Assembly: GCA_965235115.1 (NCBI GenBank)
Contig: OZ249444.1
Span: 21,204,001-21,268,000, forward strand
Direction: 5' to 3'
From: Laetmonice hystrix
Taxonomy: Eukaryota
DNA: 64,000 nt
The stretch's first letter is position 1. Every line of letters begins with the position of its first letter. Below the pieces are notes generated by a model. That model was not told where the DNA came from. It ran no database searches and saw nothing but the letters and a program-made list of their open reading frames with translations. A program made the position numbers and the translations under genes. Shown here piece by piece: positions 25,801 to 38,345 of the stretch.

Positions 25801-26461
25801 TTTTAGGGGAGTGGCGGTGGCCGAGTGGGCATGGGTGTCGACACCTTATGCTATGCGAATGGGTGCACAGTAATCTTGGGGCCGGGGTTCGATTCCTGTA
25901 GAGAACTATACAACTTTTCTCTTTAGGGACATTGTCAAAGTAATTGGGTTACCCCTAATGCACGTGCATTTCAAAAGAAAAATGCAGTCACACTCACAGG
26001 CTCCATCATCCATACCAATTAGTGCATGGTCAATTGAATGAATAAATCTAAATCTAGATCTGCATCATACCAAAAAAGTACGCTAATGGACACAACCCAC
26101 ACTGAGCCTGTCCTGTTTGCTGCATCCCCCAGCCCCAGTCCCCGGCCCAGCCCTGTATTGGGGCCGCTGTATTGTAGTAGGTTTTGTACCAGCGGGGGCA
26201 CTTAACCCTGTCACGGTGGCTGCACGTGGGGTCCACCACAACGCACCACAGGCACAAGTCGATCTTACAGTCTGCCCTGCACGCATCGCGAAACGACACC
26301 ATCACCTTCTCCCTTCCCCATCACATGCATCTTACCTTTATTCCCAGTAACTGTCCCTCATGCAGGGCGCTTATAAATGTGTTGTAATGCTCTGTATTGT
26401 CCTCATTTTTAACGAAGTTCTCCGCGAGGGTAAGCAACAGTACTTCCCTTTTATCACCCAT
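19858..26461 (-). CDS. PELP1: PELP1/Rix1-like ribosome biogenesis protein, 17 exons, about 844 aa
   Basis: Exons: 26336-26461, 25582-25646, 25313-25418 (KEGLCLL...DWLRLL), 24967-25116, 24604-24675 (GCMKYFHGPCGPLR), 24303-24362, 24040-24190 (SQGVKHTESW), 23716-23839, 23465-23552, 23075-23169, 22621-22731, 22216-22354 (VYETMSLWVQVLGASSG), 21848-21998, 21579-21634, 21171-21377 (CRQALYQLLLAVVLCPHP), 20140-20913 (LIHPRAP then acidic tail), 19858-19917 (MLSSFVDAGPD-stop). Phases consistent; total 2535 nt; motifs match recalled PELP1 sequence. Confidence 0.92.
25806..26061 (+). mobile_element. tRNA-derived SINE in PELP1 intron 1
   Basis: Pol III A box TGGCCGAGTGG (25818-25828), B box GGTTCGATTCC (25886-25896), unrelated body, short-repeat tail AATAAATCTAAATCTAGATCT; no complete cloverleaf. 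Confidence 0.7.
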
Positions 26462-26584
26462 CTTGATTTATTGAAAATGGCAAAAGTTTTGGTCAAATTC
26501 CCGATAGGTGGCGTATTTATGCGCCTTCTGAATAATTCAGTAGAGGGCGCAGTCGTAGCCTGTCCGCCTGAAGAACAAAACAAC
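26462..26584. promoter_or_regulatory. Probable bidirectional promoter between PELP1 (-) and the Kelch gene (+)
   Basis: PELP1 ATG at 26461. A + strand first exon ends at a strong donor GGT|gtaagt (26599/26600) about 140 bp away. The interval is locally richer in CG dinucleotides. Confidence 0.6.
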
Positions 26585-27451
26585 ATGTCAGTTGGTGGTG
26601 TAAGTAATGTTTTAAGTCCTTCTAGCTTGTGTTCAGCAATGAAAGGACTTCTTTTTGTTTGTTCTAGGCTGATTAACAGCTGTGTGTGCAACAACATCAG
26701 GGAGGTGTCTGTCGTAAGATGCTGTATGTAGCCAGCACAGGCCTTTTCTTTTACCGAGTGCAGCAAGACACCGAGGTTATCACATAACTGGCCTACTGCT
26801 GGTTATTGAACAAGGGCCACTGTCTGCTGGAAATGAAATGGTATGGAAAGAAACAGACGTCTCTCATGTTCCCCCCATTTTTCAGGTCTTTCTCTTTTAT
26901 TTACGTTTTCTTTTCTTATATAGCCCTCCCCCCTAAATTCATTAAGATTTATTATCATATAAATAGGAAAATAGAGAAAATGAAAATAAAAGGAAAGAAC
27001 TTGAACTAAAAATTCTTCTTCTTTTTTTTTTCCAGTCAAGTGGAAATAGTAATGAAAGGAATTAACAGGTTAATCAGGAGCAGAAGATTTACTTAATTGT
27101 CTTTGAGATTGTACAGGGAAAGATGGAATTTTTACTTTACTTTATGTGTAAATTATCTTGTATGTATGTAGCTTCAGATGTCAGCTTTATATTTGTGGAG
27201 GTACCCGGTACCAAAATTATCATTTGTGTAAATCTGAGATTTTCTGCAATAAGAAGGAATGAGAAAACCTATATTATGTTTAAAATATTGTGTATTCTGT
27301 TATTACCACAGTTTGCTGGATGGCATGTGATGAATACCACAGTGGGACCTCTATGAATTGCCAACTTTGTCAGAAGATCTCTGCCCAGGTCTCCATCTCC
27401 AGGACAAAACTTGATACAATAATATAGTGCCGTAATACATAATCAACAGGA

Positions 27452-30400
27452 ATGAAAAAGTCTACCATGGCAAACCGACTCAAAGGTGGCTACGTTCATG
27501 ACTATGATTCAATGCACAACTCTGCTGGCCAGAGTAGTGCTTCGTCAGATAGTTGTGAGCCATACATCTTTGTAGATAAAATGCGAGAAACAGCATGTCT
27601 TCAAGGGTTCCGCGACCTGTATGAAAGCCAGCAGATGTTTGATATTACACTGACAGTTGACAACCATGAATTTGGATGTCATCGTGCAATGCTGGCCTCA
27701 TCAAGTGATTACTTCCGTGCCATGTTTACAAGTGATCTTGCAGAAAGAGACCAAAAGACAGTCACAATAAACGGAGTGAAATCTGTGGCCATGGAACAGA
27801 TTCTCAAGTACCTCTACACTGGACAGTCTCAGTTTGAAAGTGATAATGTCCAGCATATTCTGTCTGCTGCAAACCTGTTTCAACTTGAAGAACTACGAAA
27901 TGGTTGTGCCAACTACATGGCCCTAAAACTTGATGTTGATAATTGTATCAATATTCACTTTTTTGCACAGGCACATGAATGTGAGTGCTTGGAATTCCAA
28001 GCCTGGGACCTCATCACAGAACACTTTGACCAGGTTTCTAAGAACACTGAGTTCCTTGACCTAAATGTACAGAGTTTAGTTGATATAATCCAGTTTGATG
28101 ACCTTCAGGTCAGGGAGGAGAATGTCTATGAGGCTGTACTGAGATGGCTCAATCACAATGTAGAAGGCCGTTCAGAACACATATATAGGGTTTTCCAACA
28201 TGTTCGCTTTGCCCTCATGGATGTGCACTATTTCTATGACAAAGTCAGGGATTACAAGTTGTTTCATAGTGATCAAGAACTGCAGAAGATTTTTGATGAG
28301 GTCATCAGGTACAAGTTACTGAGCAGTCGTTGGAGTCAGATAGATCTCAGATTTGAGCCGCGCTATGGTGCAGATTTTTGTAGGTAAGTGGTGAGGCTTG
28401 ATTAGGAAATTTCCTACGATGTGGAAACCTTACAGAATGGTAAACAATCTAGCGATAAACTTTTATATGATGATAATGTGTCCAACGAGAAAACTTCCTA
28501 CAACTTATGACTTAATTATTACATTTGAAATACAACTGTTCCTTATCTGCCCTTATTAAAACAGTACATTCATTATTATAGTTATATGTCTATACTGGTA
28601 TTTATAATGTATCTTATAGTACACCTTACTAGTATGGTGATTAGTTTCACTAACTCATAATGACTATTATAAATATTGCCAGAGTTGTTGTTTACACGTC
28701 ATACTTTGATGATGAGAAGAAACAAGTCCTGCAGCTCTATGGCCAGCGAAGTGAGGAAGCCACGACCCATAGTGGCTGCATACTTTGTGACTTACCATCT
28801 GACATGGAGAATCCTACCATGCTTGTAACAGGTATATCAGCCAAACTATCTCACAACTTAATGCTACTAGCATCAGGGTTCACAAAAAACTGTCACTCAT
28901 GAAGAAAAGATCAAATTTTGTGAACCTAGCTGCCTTTTTCTATGCCCCCGTTTCCCTACATGTTCATGAAAACTAATGATTAAAATTTTATACACATACT
29001 TGCAGTTAGATTTTGTGACACTGTCATGATACCAATATGGACAGCTGTGGTAAGGTGATCGATATAAACCTAATTTGAAATACGAAAGCCTCCAGGGGCC
29101 AGACAATGTACTGACCTATTAATTAATAATAATTCTGTGACTACAAGGTGAGAACGACCTGTACATTGCTGGGGGAGACGGAGCAGGGGATGCAGTCTAT
29201 AGATGGAGCTCTGAGGAAAATATGTTTGAAGAGGTGCAGTCTATGGACACAGAACGCAAACAGTTAAGTTGATCAGGGCAGATAAATATTATACAGGAGT
29301 CTGTATTTAGCTTGTGGTTGCTATAATATAAAATGAGTCTGTATTTAGCTTGTGGTTGCTATAACATAAAATAACATGAAGACTAACTCTTTATGCCTCC
29401 CCCAACGATCCAAATACCTATTTCATACACAAAGCAAGGTCTGAGTTTATATGATCCTTACTATGTATGCTTGTTCCAGTTAAATTCACCAAGGAACTTT
29501 GTTTCAGGTTCACTTTGGTACAAGTTGATAGGAGTATCTACGCCTTGGGTGGTTGTAACACTTCAGAAGGAAACCTGGCAACAGTTTTAAAGTATTCAGA
29601 GCAATATGATGATTGGGAGCAGGTGGCACCTATGCCTAAACCACTGAGGTGACACTAAGTAAAAAACGCTTTTACGTGACACAAGTTGTAGCTACCACAA
29701 GCCTGATTGTAATGGAAGCTGTCGACTACTGGTAGTTAACTTAACAAAGAAATTCTCACTGAAAGTTTTCAATTTTGTCACTAGGTGTCACTGTGCCACG
29801 TCATATCATGGAAAACTCTATGTGTTTGGTGGAGAAGTAGAGAAGTTGAACAAGACAGTGACCCGTGGGAAGAAGGAACTCAGTAAGAATGTCTTCTGGT
29901 AAGTTCAGGAGACCTAAGGTAGAACTTGTCTTCCACAGACCACCAGTTCATTGGCAAGTTTTCTTTAAATTTAATTTTTAGTTACCAGGAAGGGGCCTAC
30001 CCATGTGGTCAGGTTTTTAAAACATTGCATGGCAAGAATTATACAATAATAGAATATTTTGATAGTCCAATACATAATCTGTTTTACCTGGTGACTTCTT
30101 TCCCTCTTTGACTTTGAGACATCTCAATATAATGAGTTGTTTTAAAGGCAATGTCTGAATTACACTGTGTTTATTCTTACCATGTCCACAGTTACAACCC
30201 TGAAGAGGGCAAGTGGTGTCGGCTGGCTGATATGAAAATACCCCGTGCTCTGGCAGGGTGTATTGTTTTCAGGGATCGTATCTATGTAATAGGTGAGCCG
30301 AAGTGTAAAACACTTGCAAGTAATAGTTTAGACTCATCCAGGTACAAAAAGACAAATAAGGACATCCCAAATCTTTAGGGAGGATATCTTTATTATCAAC

Positions 30401-31099
30401 TGGTGCAGATTAGAAAAAGTTATCCATCATTGTATTGTAATAAAATAAGTTTACATCATTTTCACGTAAATTAGGCCAGTGTCCTGTAAACATTTGAGGT
30501 GATGCCTTATTGTAAATCCCAGTATTTGAACCTTTACATTTGGACTACAAAACCTAAAATAAAATGTAGTGGTTTACAGAATGATCCTTATTTCTCACAA
30601 GGTGGCTTTGGAACAATCACTGACTCCTGGATCAAGGACAAATCTCCTGAGAACTCTCTGTCATCTGTTGAGATCTATGATCCACAAACAAACAGCTGGG
30701 AGATGGGCCCTGAACTGCCAGTCCCACTCTGTGCTATGGGTGTCGTCAAGTACTACGGAACTATTTATATACTTGGTCAGTAAATACTACTTCACAAACT
30801 CTATTTGTACAGGGATTAAAATTATCAGAATAATTATAATTTATAGTAACGATATGTTCTTTGGTCCGTGTTTTAATATTTATGTAAATGTAAATCGTTT
30901 AGATTTCTACTACTTTCAATAAAAGCTATTTGTTTATGTTCACACAGGTGGGGAGAACAAAGATGTTTCCAGCAATGTTTATTTATTCAACAGTAGGGAC
31001 GGGTGCTGGCAACACAAGGATGAAATGGTTGCTGGGGTAACTGAAACAAGTATCCATTCTGTCTACGCTATCATTAATATTACCATCGATCTCGACTGA
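27452..31099 (+). CDS. BTB-BACK-Kelch (KLHL/KBTBD-type) probable Cullin3 adaptor, 8 exons, about 625 aa
   Basis: Exons 27452-28383 (BTB FDITLTVDNHEFGCHRAMLASSSDYFRAMFT; BACK LDVDNC...YEAVLRWL), 28683-28831, 29148-29262, 29508-29648, 29785-29898, 30192-30292, 30602-30775, 30948-31099. Five GG Kelch motifs (IAGG, ALGG, VFGG, VIGG, ILGG). Phases consistent; 1878 nt. Orthology not assignable by eye. Confidence 0.92.
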
Positions 31100-31872
31100 T
31101 TTACTAACCAGTGGTCGCTCTCTATGCACCTCTGATATTTTTGCCTTCATGCAGGTATGCTGCAAAACCATTGTAACTAATGTAAGTTTTGTAATTACGC
31201 TAACATGGTAACTCACTGTTTATCTTGATTTTGTATTAAGCAGATAAATGTTTATTGATGTAACTTGACTCAGAGGAAAAGCAAGAGGAGTGCATTATAA
31301 GCTGTAGCTTTTGGTATCCGGGAGTAATTAATGAAAGGTGTGATAGGAGGCAGAAATACTCTACGTTAGAATTGCCTCTAGAGGAAACCTCTGAGATGTG
31401 TAGTGGGGCAGCTTACTGGGAAGTTCTGCTACAATTTAAAAAAGGTTCAGGGCAACGCTAATACTCAAGTGCCCTCTAGTGGAGCACAGGTTTAACCCAG
31501 GGAACTGAGGTAGGCTAACATGTTGATCAATGCCATGGAAATTTGTTGAATGGATTATTTAATGTGACTTTGAGAATTTATCCACTAATAGTTTCATACC
31601 TTAAAGGTGGGATAGCAAGTCACTGAAAATGCAGCTTATTTTACTTGCATGTGTTAAAAGTGGTGCTTATGGAAACCATATCTCGAGAAAGCTTTAAATG
31701 TAAATCGTCTTCCTCAGACAGAAAAAGTTGGTTATATGGCATACCGGGTATATAAAGTGCACTTGCAAGGTTGTATAAATCAAATACATGTAACTGATTT
31801 TGTGATATTTGAGCATACTGTTAAATTCTCAGATTAATATCACAGTTTAGAAAGATTTATATTGGTAGACTA

Positions 31873-32150
31873 GTGGAATATGGAGATTACCTATCGTGTA
31901 CTCGTATATAAGACGTGTTGCGTGGCAATCAGGTGGAATATGGAGTTCACCTGTCGTGTACTCGTATAATAGACGTGTTGCATGGCAATCAGGTGGAATA
32001 TGGAGTTTACCTATCGTGTACTCGTATATAAGACGTGTTTCATGGCAATCAGGTGGAATATGGAGTTCACCTGTCGTGTACTCCTTATAGGACGTGTCGC
32101 ATGGCCATCGGGTGGAATATGGGGTATAACCTACTATATAGGACGTGTCA
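31873..32150. repeat. 60-bp tandem repeat, about 4.5 copies
   Basis: GTGGAATATGGAG recurs at 31873, 31933, 31993 and 32053. Confidence 0.9.
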
Positions 32151-33101
32151 GGCTAGTAATGAAAAACTTTAGGAAACAGGGACCAATTATTCACCCAAGT
32201 GAAATCTTTCAACGCTGGCACTTGACCAGACATGATGTGTACGGTAACTGTCGGGATGAGATTTATTTTATGGAGCTTATGTTATTGATTTAGTGGCTAA
32301 GTTTAACGGGTCATCTACTAAAATACTTAGAAATGCAGCTTCTAGTCCAAAGAGGTCTTGTAGCTAGTCGTAAAAGGATGCGAGGATGAAAAAGAGTTTC
32401 TTCTAACAATTTCTTCTAAAAAGATCAAGGTAAAAGCAAGGTAAGATTTTCTTACTGTCATCGTTGAAAGTAAATACTTTCTAAAGGGACCCCTAAGTTC
32501 AGTTGTAAGTGTCAGAATTACAATTTTGTGCAATAAAGAATACAAATATATAAAAGATAAGCAGATTTTGTTGATATTTTTGTTGTGGGCTGAAACCCAT
32601 GGTAACTTTTTAGATTAACTAACATTTTCAATACTCGAGAAATAATACCTTCAAAAGAAAGCTTTTTTGAAAATTTATTGCAGTGACACAAACGGCTTCT
32701 GTAATGTAAATGGCATTTTGCAGTGACATGAAAAGCTTCTGTAATGTAAATGGCATTTTTTTAATTGCAACAGAACTCGATACGACATGAGTAAAGTAAT
32801 ACAATCGTGAACTATGCCGCCATAAATATTTTAATATAAAGGGTTCAATAGAATACCCCAACATCTGGCAGTGTATATTAATAGAATAACATGGTTTTAC
32901 CTGGTGAGCAAAAATTTTATAAAGATATCAAAAATACTTTTGGCCTACAGACAAGGATGCCTATCAATCAGCATGCAAGTTCACTCATTTGCCAATTCCC
33001 ACCTGAATAGTTTATACAAATTCCCTGAGGTTTTAAAGTCCCATGCATCATCTCTAACAGTGTTTGATAATGTGAGATCAACAGAAGGCAACTTCCTGTG
33101 T

Positions 33102-36100
33102 TCAGTAAGCCTTTGCTTTGTACTTGGCCACAAAACTCTTGACGTCAAACTTGCGCTTGCAACCGTTGTAGTTCATGTAGCGAATCTTGCCAAACACTGG
33201 TCTCTCCGCCCAGCCCTGGTCGTGGATGCCACAGATTGACCACATACAACCTGTAGAGTACAACCATGTAAAGAATAACCTATCGTGTTGATGTTTCACA
33301 CACAGCTAGTACTGCTAGTTTGTGATGCTTTAGCATGGTTTGAAAATACACCAGTAATCACTCACACCATAGGCTTCTCAAAATAGGAAACACTAATTTC
33401 ATCAATCTAATACATTCGTCGAATCTCTTTCATGAAATGAATGCCAAGGACAGGGAGGGTACTTGAGTGCCTTTTTACCATTCTGTTCAGTAGATCTATA
33501 TACCTGATGTCTGACTCACCAACATATCCATTTGGGTCTCTTCCATCCAGCTCGTACTTGTCATTGAGGTAAATGGCATCAGCAAGGGCTCTCTCTGGGC
33601 TGTCTGTCCACTCCAAGATTTTCTTGGCCCAGTACATCCGGAGAAAGCCATGCATCTTCCCGTCTTGTACCAACTGCAGCTGGAAACAAGACAAAGTTAT
33701 TCAGATGATCCAAAGTTGATTTTTCATACGTGAGTGAACCTGCAGTTCAAGGAAGTTTACTGATGATTAGGTACTTAGAGTTTTGGACCCTTTGATATTA
33801 AGGTATTTTAAACTGATTTTCATTGATACTTGGTACAATTAATCTGTGTGGAAAAAGTGGGTTACTTCAAAATTAACTAGCTGTCAAACAAGGAGAAATG
33901 TAGCCATTACCTGAGAAGCATTCCATAAATCATCGTATGTGCGAGCCTGCTCCAACTGCTCTCGGGAATAATTCTTTTCCCGCTTGTCTTTCCGATGATC
34001 ATTTAATGTCTTTAACGCCCAGGCATTGGTCCCTACATAGTGGAAGCAAAAATTTTAATTTCATACTTATTAACTAATCACTTAACCCACCTAAAATTGC
34101 TCGAGTTAAGACAAAATCTGACACCTTGTTATAATAAATAGCACAATTCATTTGGCATACTGCAAGTTTTTCTTCCTGTATCTCTGTATCATACAACCAT
34201 CAGGAAATCAGACTGTAAAGCATTTAATGTTATGCTGTTTGGCTCAAGTTAAAATCATGCTGACCTTCTATTGTGTCATACTTTGGATTATAGAAACAGA
34301 AATTGTCAGCAAGTTCTCGTCGCACAATGCCTTCCTCAATGTATCCGTCCACTCCATCCTTATACTTGCTGCGGTACTTCTTAACCATGAGCATACCACG
34401 TTGGGGTGCTACTTGCCCTGTGAAAAATACATTATAATTTATAGGGTACCAGGGTAAACCAGTGTTCTCCACAGGGTCGGGCTAAGGTCGGGCGGCCCCA
34501 TGTGACAAGCCCCGAAGGCGCGAGAGTCGAGCGCCGAAGGTGCGAGCCATTTGGTTGGGCCCCCCAGAAAATTTTGAAATGTAGAAGCGCGGAGATGCGA
34601 TTTCCCGGCATCTGGGAGAGAAAATGACTGCTCTCGGAAGGCAGTTTAGCTCTAAGACTAAGGCCCAGTAAGAGTATGATTCATTGCTTCTGGGATAAGC
34701 GAGTTTAGACGATTGGAATGGATTTTAAGGTCGGGCGGTCGGCCGCCAAGGTCGGGCGGTCATGACCAAGGTCGGGCGGCCCGCTGCCAAGGTCGGGCGG
34801 CCCGCCCGACCTTGGAGCCTTGTGGAGAACACTGGTAAACAACACATTTTTAAAGTTATTCTCCCAGGTGATATTGATTTAAGAATCACCAAGGAGTATA
34901 GTATCCTTTTTTGTTATTAGGCAAACATCTCTAATCCATACCAAATTCTTTCTTTGGTGTACTCATCATTTAAAACAAGATGGATCTTATGTCAGGTTGT
35001 GCAGAAACTCAGTTCACTCACCAAAATGGTAATAGGGAGACATGTCACTGCAGACGTGCTTGTTTGGATTGTTTCTGTCTGTGTTAAAATGGCGCAGCCT
35101 CTTCCTGATGAATGTTTCCAGTTGACGAAGACCCCCCGTGGTGCCAGGTGTGGCCCAGTCTACCTCGGTAACTGTCCGGTCCACCTCCAGGCTGGCCTCT
35201 GCAGCCTCCCAGTCAACTCGCTGCACACATATTCTCACACATTAACAATGAATTAGAGCAACACTGATCAGAACCCTGACAGATTAATGCATGGAGAATA
35301 ACAATCTTACATGAGATGTTAAGAATAATTTGTGAGAAAGTTAACATCATTAAGACATTCTCATGGGAGTTCCCTCACCTCTGGTTTGACTTGAGCTTTA
35401 TATGGATGTCTGATGACTGGTGGGAAATCTGTGAAGTAGCTGGGCAGTTGGTCATGAATCTTCTTACGAATGGTACGTGCTCCATACTCCAGTTTGGGGG
35501 AGGCTTCCCAGCATGGCACAATATTGTGAGCATCAACCTACAAAAAGGCACAAGTTATCAATGATTTCTTGGGTTAACATTTTAAGGAATCAGCATGTTA
35601 CCTCCAGATAGATTTGTGTCAGTTACGTTTCCCTACTCGCAAAGAACGTGCTGCTTTTCACTTATGATAGGCAGTTAGTTATACACCAGATTCTTAATTT
35701 TTCTGACTTGAAATTGTCTCATTTTTTTAGCATGTATTGTAATGAAATTACGGTATTTCAATATTTGAAAAATCCCTAACTTTTACCATACATTTATCGG
35801 ATGTTAACCAATAGCAGGCTCTAAATTAATTCTAATAGTTACCCATGTAAAGTTATCATTCGGCAATATGAACCATACCATTTGGTATAACTCTCACCTG
35901 GCAAATGGGTACATCTTCAGGCAGCAACTCTTTGATGTCATCGACCCACTGGATGGGCACACGTAGAGGACTAAAGTCTGTCACCAGTGCACCAATCTTG
36001 TGGTCCTTAATGAACCCAGGTATTCTCTCTTTCGCATAACCAATGAGCAGATGGAAGGAAATGTCCAGATCCAAACATTCCTATAAATACATGTATAGTG

Positions 36101-38207
36101 AAAAGGGTACGATAAGGTTTTTTAAAATTTATTTCATTTATTTACCCTGAAGAAGTTTTCCATACAGAATGATCAACTACCGGTTTTCATTTCACGGTAA
36201 GCATTGAGATGAATTCATCACTGATATATAGTCAGAAGTGGACGCTTTGCTGTCCACGTTTGCTGCTAAACAATGAAGACAATCCCTACAATGGAATTTC
36301 AGTTTACCTGTTGGACCTCCTGAAGACCTTTGAGCATAAAGCCATACTGTCTGATTGTAGCTTCCAGGTAGCGGGGCACCAGGCAGAAACACACATGAAG
36401 AGGAACCTCCATTTTTAATGCCAGTTTTTGGGCATATAGAAATGCCCAGTTGTCTGAAAAAAAAGTAGTTTTTGCTGTTAACAGTAATTTTTAAAGGATA
36501 AAAAACCTTGAACACCAAGGTTTATTTGACATTTATAGCACTTCATAGAAGAGTAACATACCCTGAACCCTCTGGTCCCGAGACATCCAATAAAGTATGC
36601 CATCACATTCGTCTGGAAGTTCTGTTGCATTAGTCAGCACTCTCACACGCTTCTTATTGAACTTAAACACTGCAACTGAGTCTGCAGTGGAACATCGCAG
36701 GCCTGAAATCTGGTCCAAGAAATCAACACTTGCACTGGCTGCATCTGCCTGCAAAGAGAAAAGTCCAAGCTGGTAACACCACGTTACATCTTTTCGCCAG
36801 CAACATTTCAGCCATCAGAACCATTACGTTTGATCCTTTTCTTGTGAAGAATCAGGAATTAAGACAGACAAAATTGATTTTGTCTAGAGCTGTAGAAGTA
36901 AACTTTCGAAAAAAAATCATACTGTTCCGGTTAAAATTTTAAAAAATATTTACCGGGTCTTTTTAATTCATGATTCCATGAGAAATATTTTCTTACTGTT
37001 TGATGTTGATTGGTACGGCCTATACTGTGACAATAAATTTTTTTACCACTGGTTTCACATCGTCTTTCTCTTCTTTAACTTCAGCTTTGATCTTCTTTGC
37101 CGGTGGTTCATCTGCCATTCTGACTTGACTTGTGGATATTATTCTGTACAGATGGAATGTTACCAGCCCTCTCGGAATCAGTAGTTCTTTAAGATGAGCA
37201 CAGGAACTGTACATGAACAGAAAATAAAATAAAAAGTAAACAAAAATCTGGATCCTGGGCTCGAAAAAGATCTACCAGTTTTACTTGCCCGAACTTGCCC
37301 TTTGGGCAAGTATATAGTAACCAAGACATACACAATTTACCTTAAAAATTTTACTTGCCCAGAGACATATTCTAGTCGTCTCGGACGACCGGACGCAGGT
37401 TTTTTCGAGCCCTGTGGATCTGTTGAGTGTTCCTAAATGAATGCAGCCATAGCGATACCAGGCTGTCACTATCAGCTTACATCTATGCCTCATATTTTCT
37501 GCTGTTGCTGTTTTTATTTACGGGGGGTATTTATCAGCATTTACTTATAAGTATACATATTTACTGATCTATTTATTTATCTATCTACTTTACACTATTT
37601 ATTTACTATATAGGCCTACCTATCTGTTTTTTTGTTTTATTCTTTTTTATTTTATTTGTAATGGAGGAGGGGGTTGCAGTGTGGGTGGGTGTAGAGAAGC
37701 AGGTGATGACCAATAAAATAAATAAACTAAGACTCAGTCTGATAACAGCGGGAAAGTCTAGGCCTAGTGCAAAACTACAAACTTTACTAACAAAGCTACA
37801 GATTTCCTACCTGTATAAAGTATTAGCAATAATCTTTGGTCAGATTATCATTGTAGATCTCTGTCAAAGAAGTTCTTTGTCTCTGTTCTCTTCCCACTTG
37901 GTTTTGGAGTTGTCTCAGAGAAAATCTTCCGCTAAAACAATTTATCAATGCACACCTCAATTTAGCTTTGCATTGATAGACAGGGTCGGGGCTGTAGATT
38001 TATACAAACGGTGGTTGGATGTACATGGGAACATCCAGCGGGAAAAGGGATCCAAGGTATAAATTAACTCTTGAATCCGCCCATGCAGGCGGTGGTCTTT
38101 ATGGGACACAGTGCGCCCGGCTCTCCCTAGGTGGCGGTGCTATCGAGCTTCTATAGTTATTTGTGTCACCAGTAGGTGGCGAGAACAGCTGATAAGAAAG
38201 ATATCAT
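33102..38207 (-). CDS. phr: Class II CPD (deoxyribodipyrimidine) photolyase; core 509 aa from ATG 37118, probable 42-aa N-terminal extension from ATG 38207
   Basis: Exons 37047-37206 (internal ATG 37118), 36562-36748 ([10 protein letters not shown]), 36308-36453 ([12 protein letters not shown]), 35898-36080 (VTDFSPLR), 35379-35537 ([10 protein letters not shown]), 35022-35220, 34265-34417 ([17 protein letters not shown]), 33911-34032, 33520-33679 ([18 protein letters not shown]...[10 protein letters not shown]), 33102-33250 ([14 protein letters not shown]). Putative first exon 38170-38207 is less certain (about 0.55). Confidence 0.95.
34460..34834. mobile_element. MITE, 375 bp, CAGTGTTCTCCACA TIR, 6-bp TSD GTAAAC (hAT-like)
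   Basis: Left CAGTGTTCTCCACAGGG, right CCTTGTGGAGAACACTG; GTAAAC at 34454-34459 and 34835-34840; subterminal AAGGTCGGGCGG repeats. Confidence 0.88.
37255..37414. mobile_element. MITE, 160 bp, C(A/T)GGGCTCGAAAAA TIR, 6-bp TSD TGGATC
   Basis: Left CTGGGCTCGAAAAA, right TTTTTCGAGCCCTG; TGGATC at 37249-37254 and 37415-37420. Confidence 0.8.
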
Positions 38208-38345
38208 CGAGTCATCTCCGTTGCGACGCAGTTGGCTGAACGACACCAAATTTTGCGGAGAGGAGGACACTGGCAGATGAGTGTTCGGAATTATTGGTAG
38301 ATAAGGGCAGATTTTGGTTTAGTTACTTGGACTGAACGACGCAGC
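38208..38345. promoter_or_regulatory. Probable bidirectional promoter between photolyase (-) and ITM2-like (+)
   Basis: Divergent ATGs at 38207 (-) and 38346 (+); CG-richer interval with an ATTGG (CCAAT) element near 38293. Confidence 0.55.

Noticed and set aside
25806-25900. Possible tRNA gene
   Set aside because: A and B boxes are present, but there is no acceptor stem or cloverleaf and a repeat tail follows; better explained as a SINE.
26360-26766. Overlapping 123-aa (+) and 131-aa (-) ORFs
   Set aside because: They span PELP1 exon 1, the shared promoter and a splice donor; no recognisable domain.
37661-38062. 133-aa + strand ORF upstream of ITM2
   Set aside because: Antisense to the photolyase leader region, no homology cues, and not linked by splice signals to ITM2.
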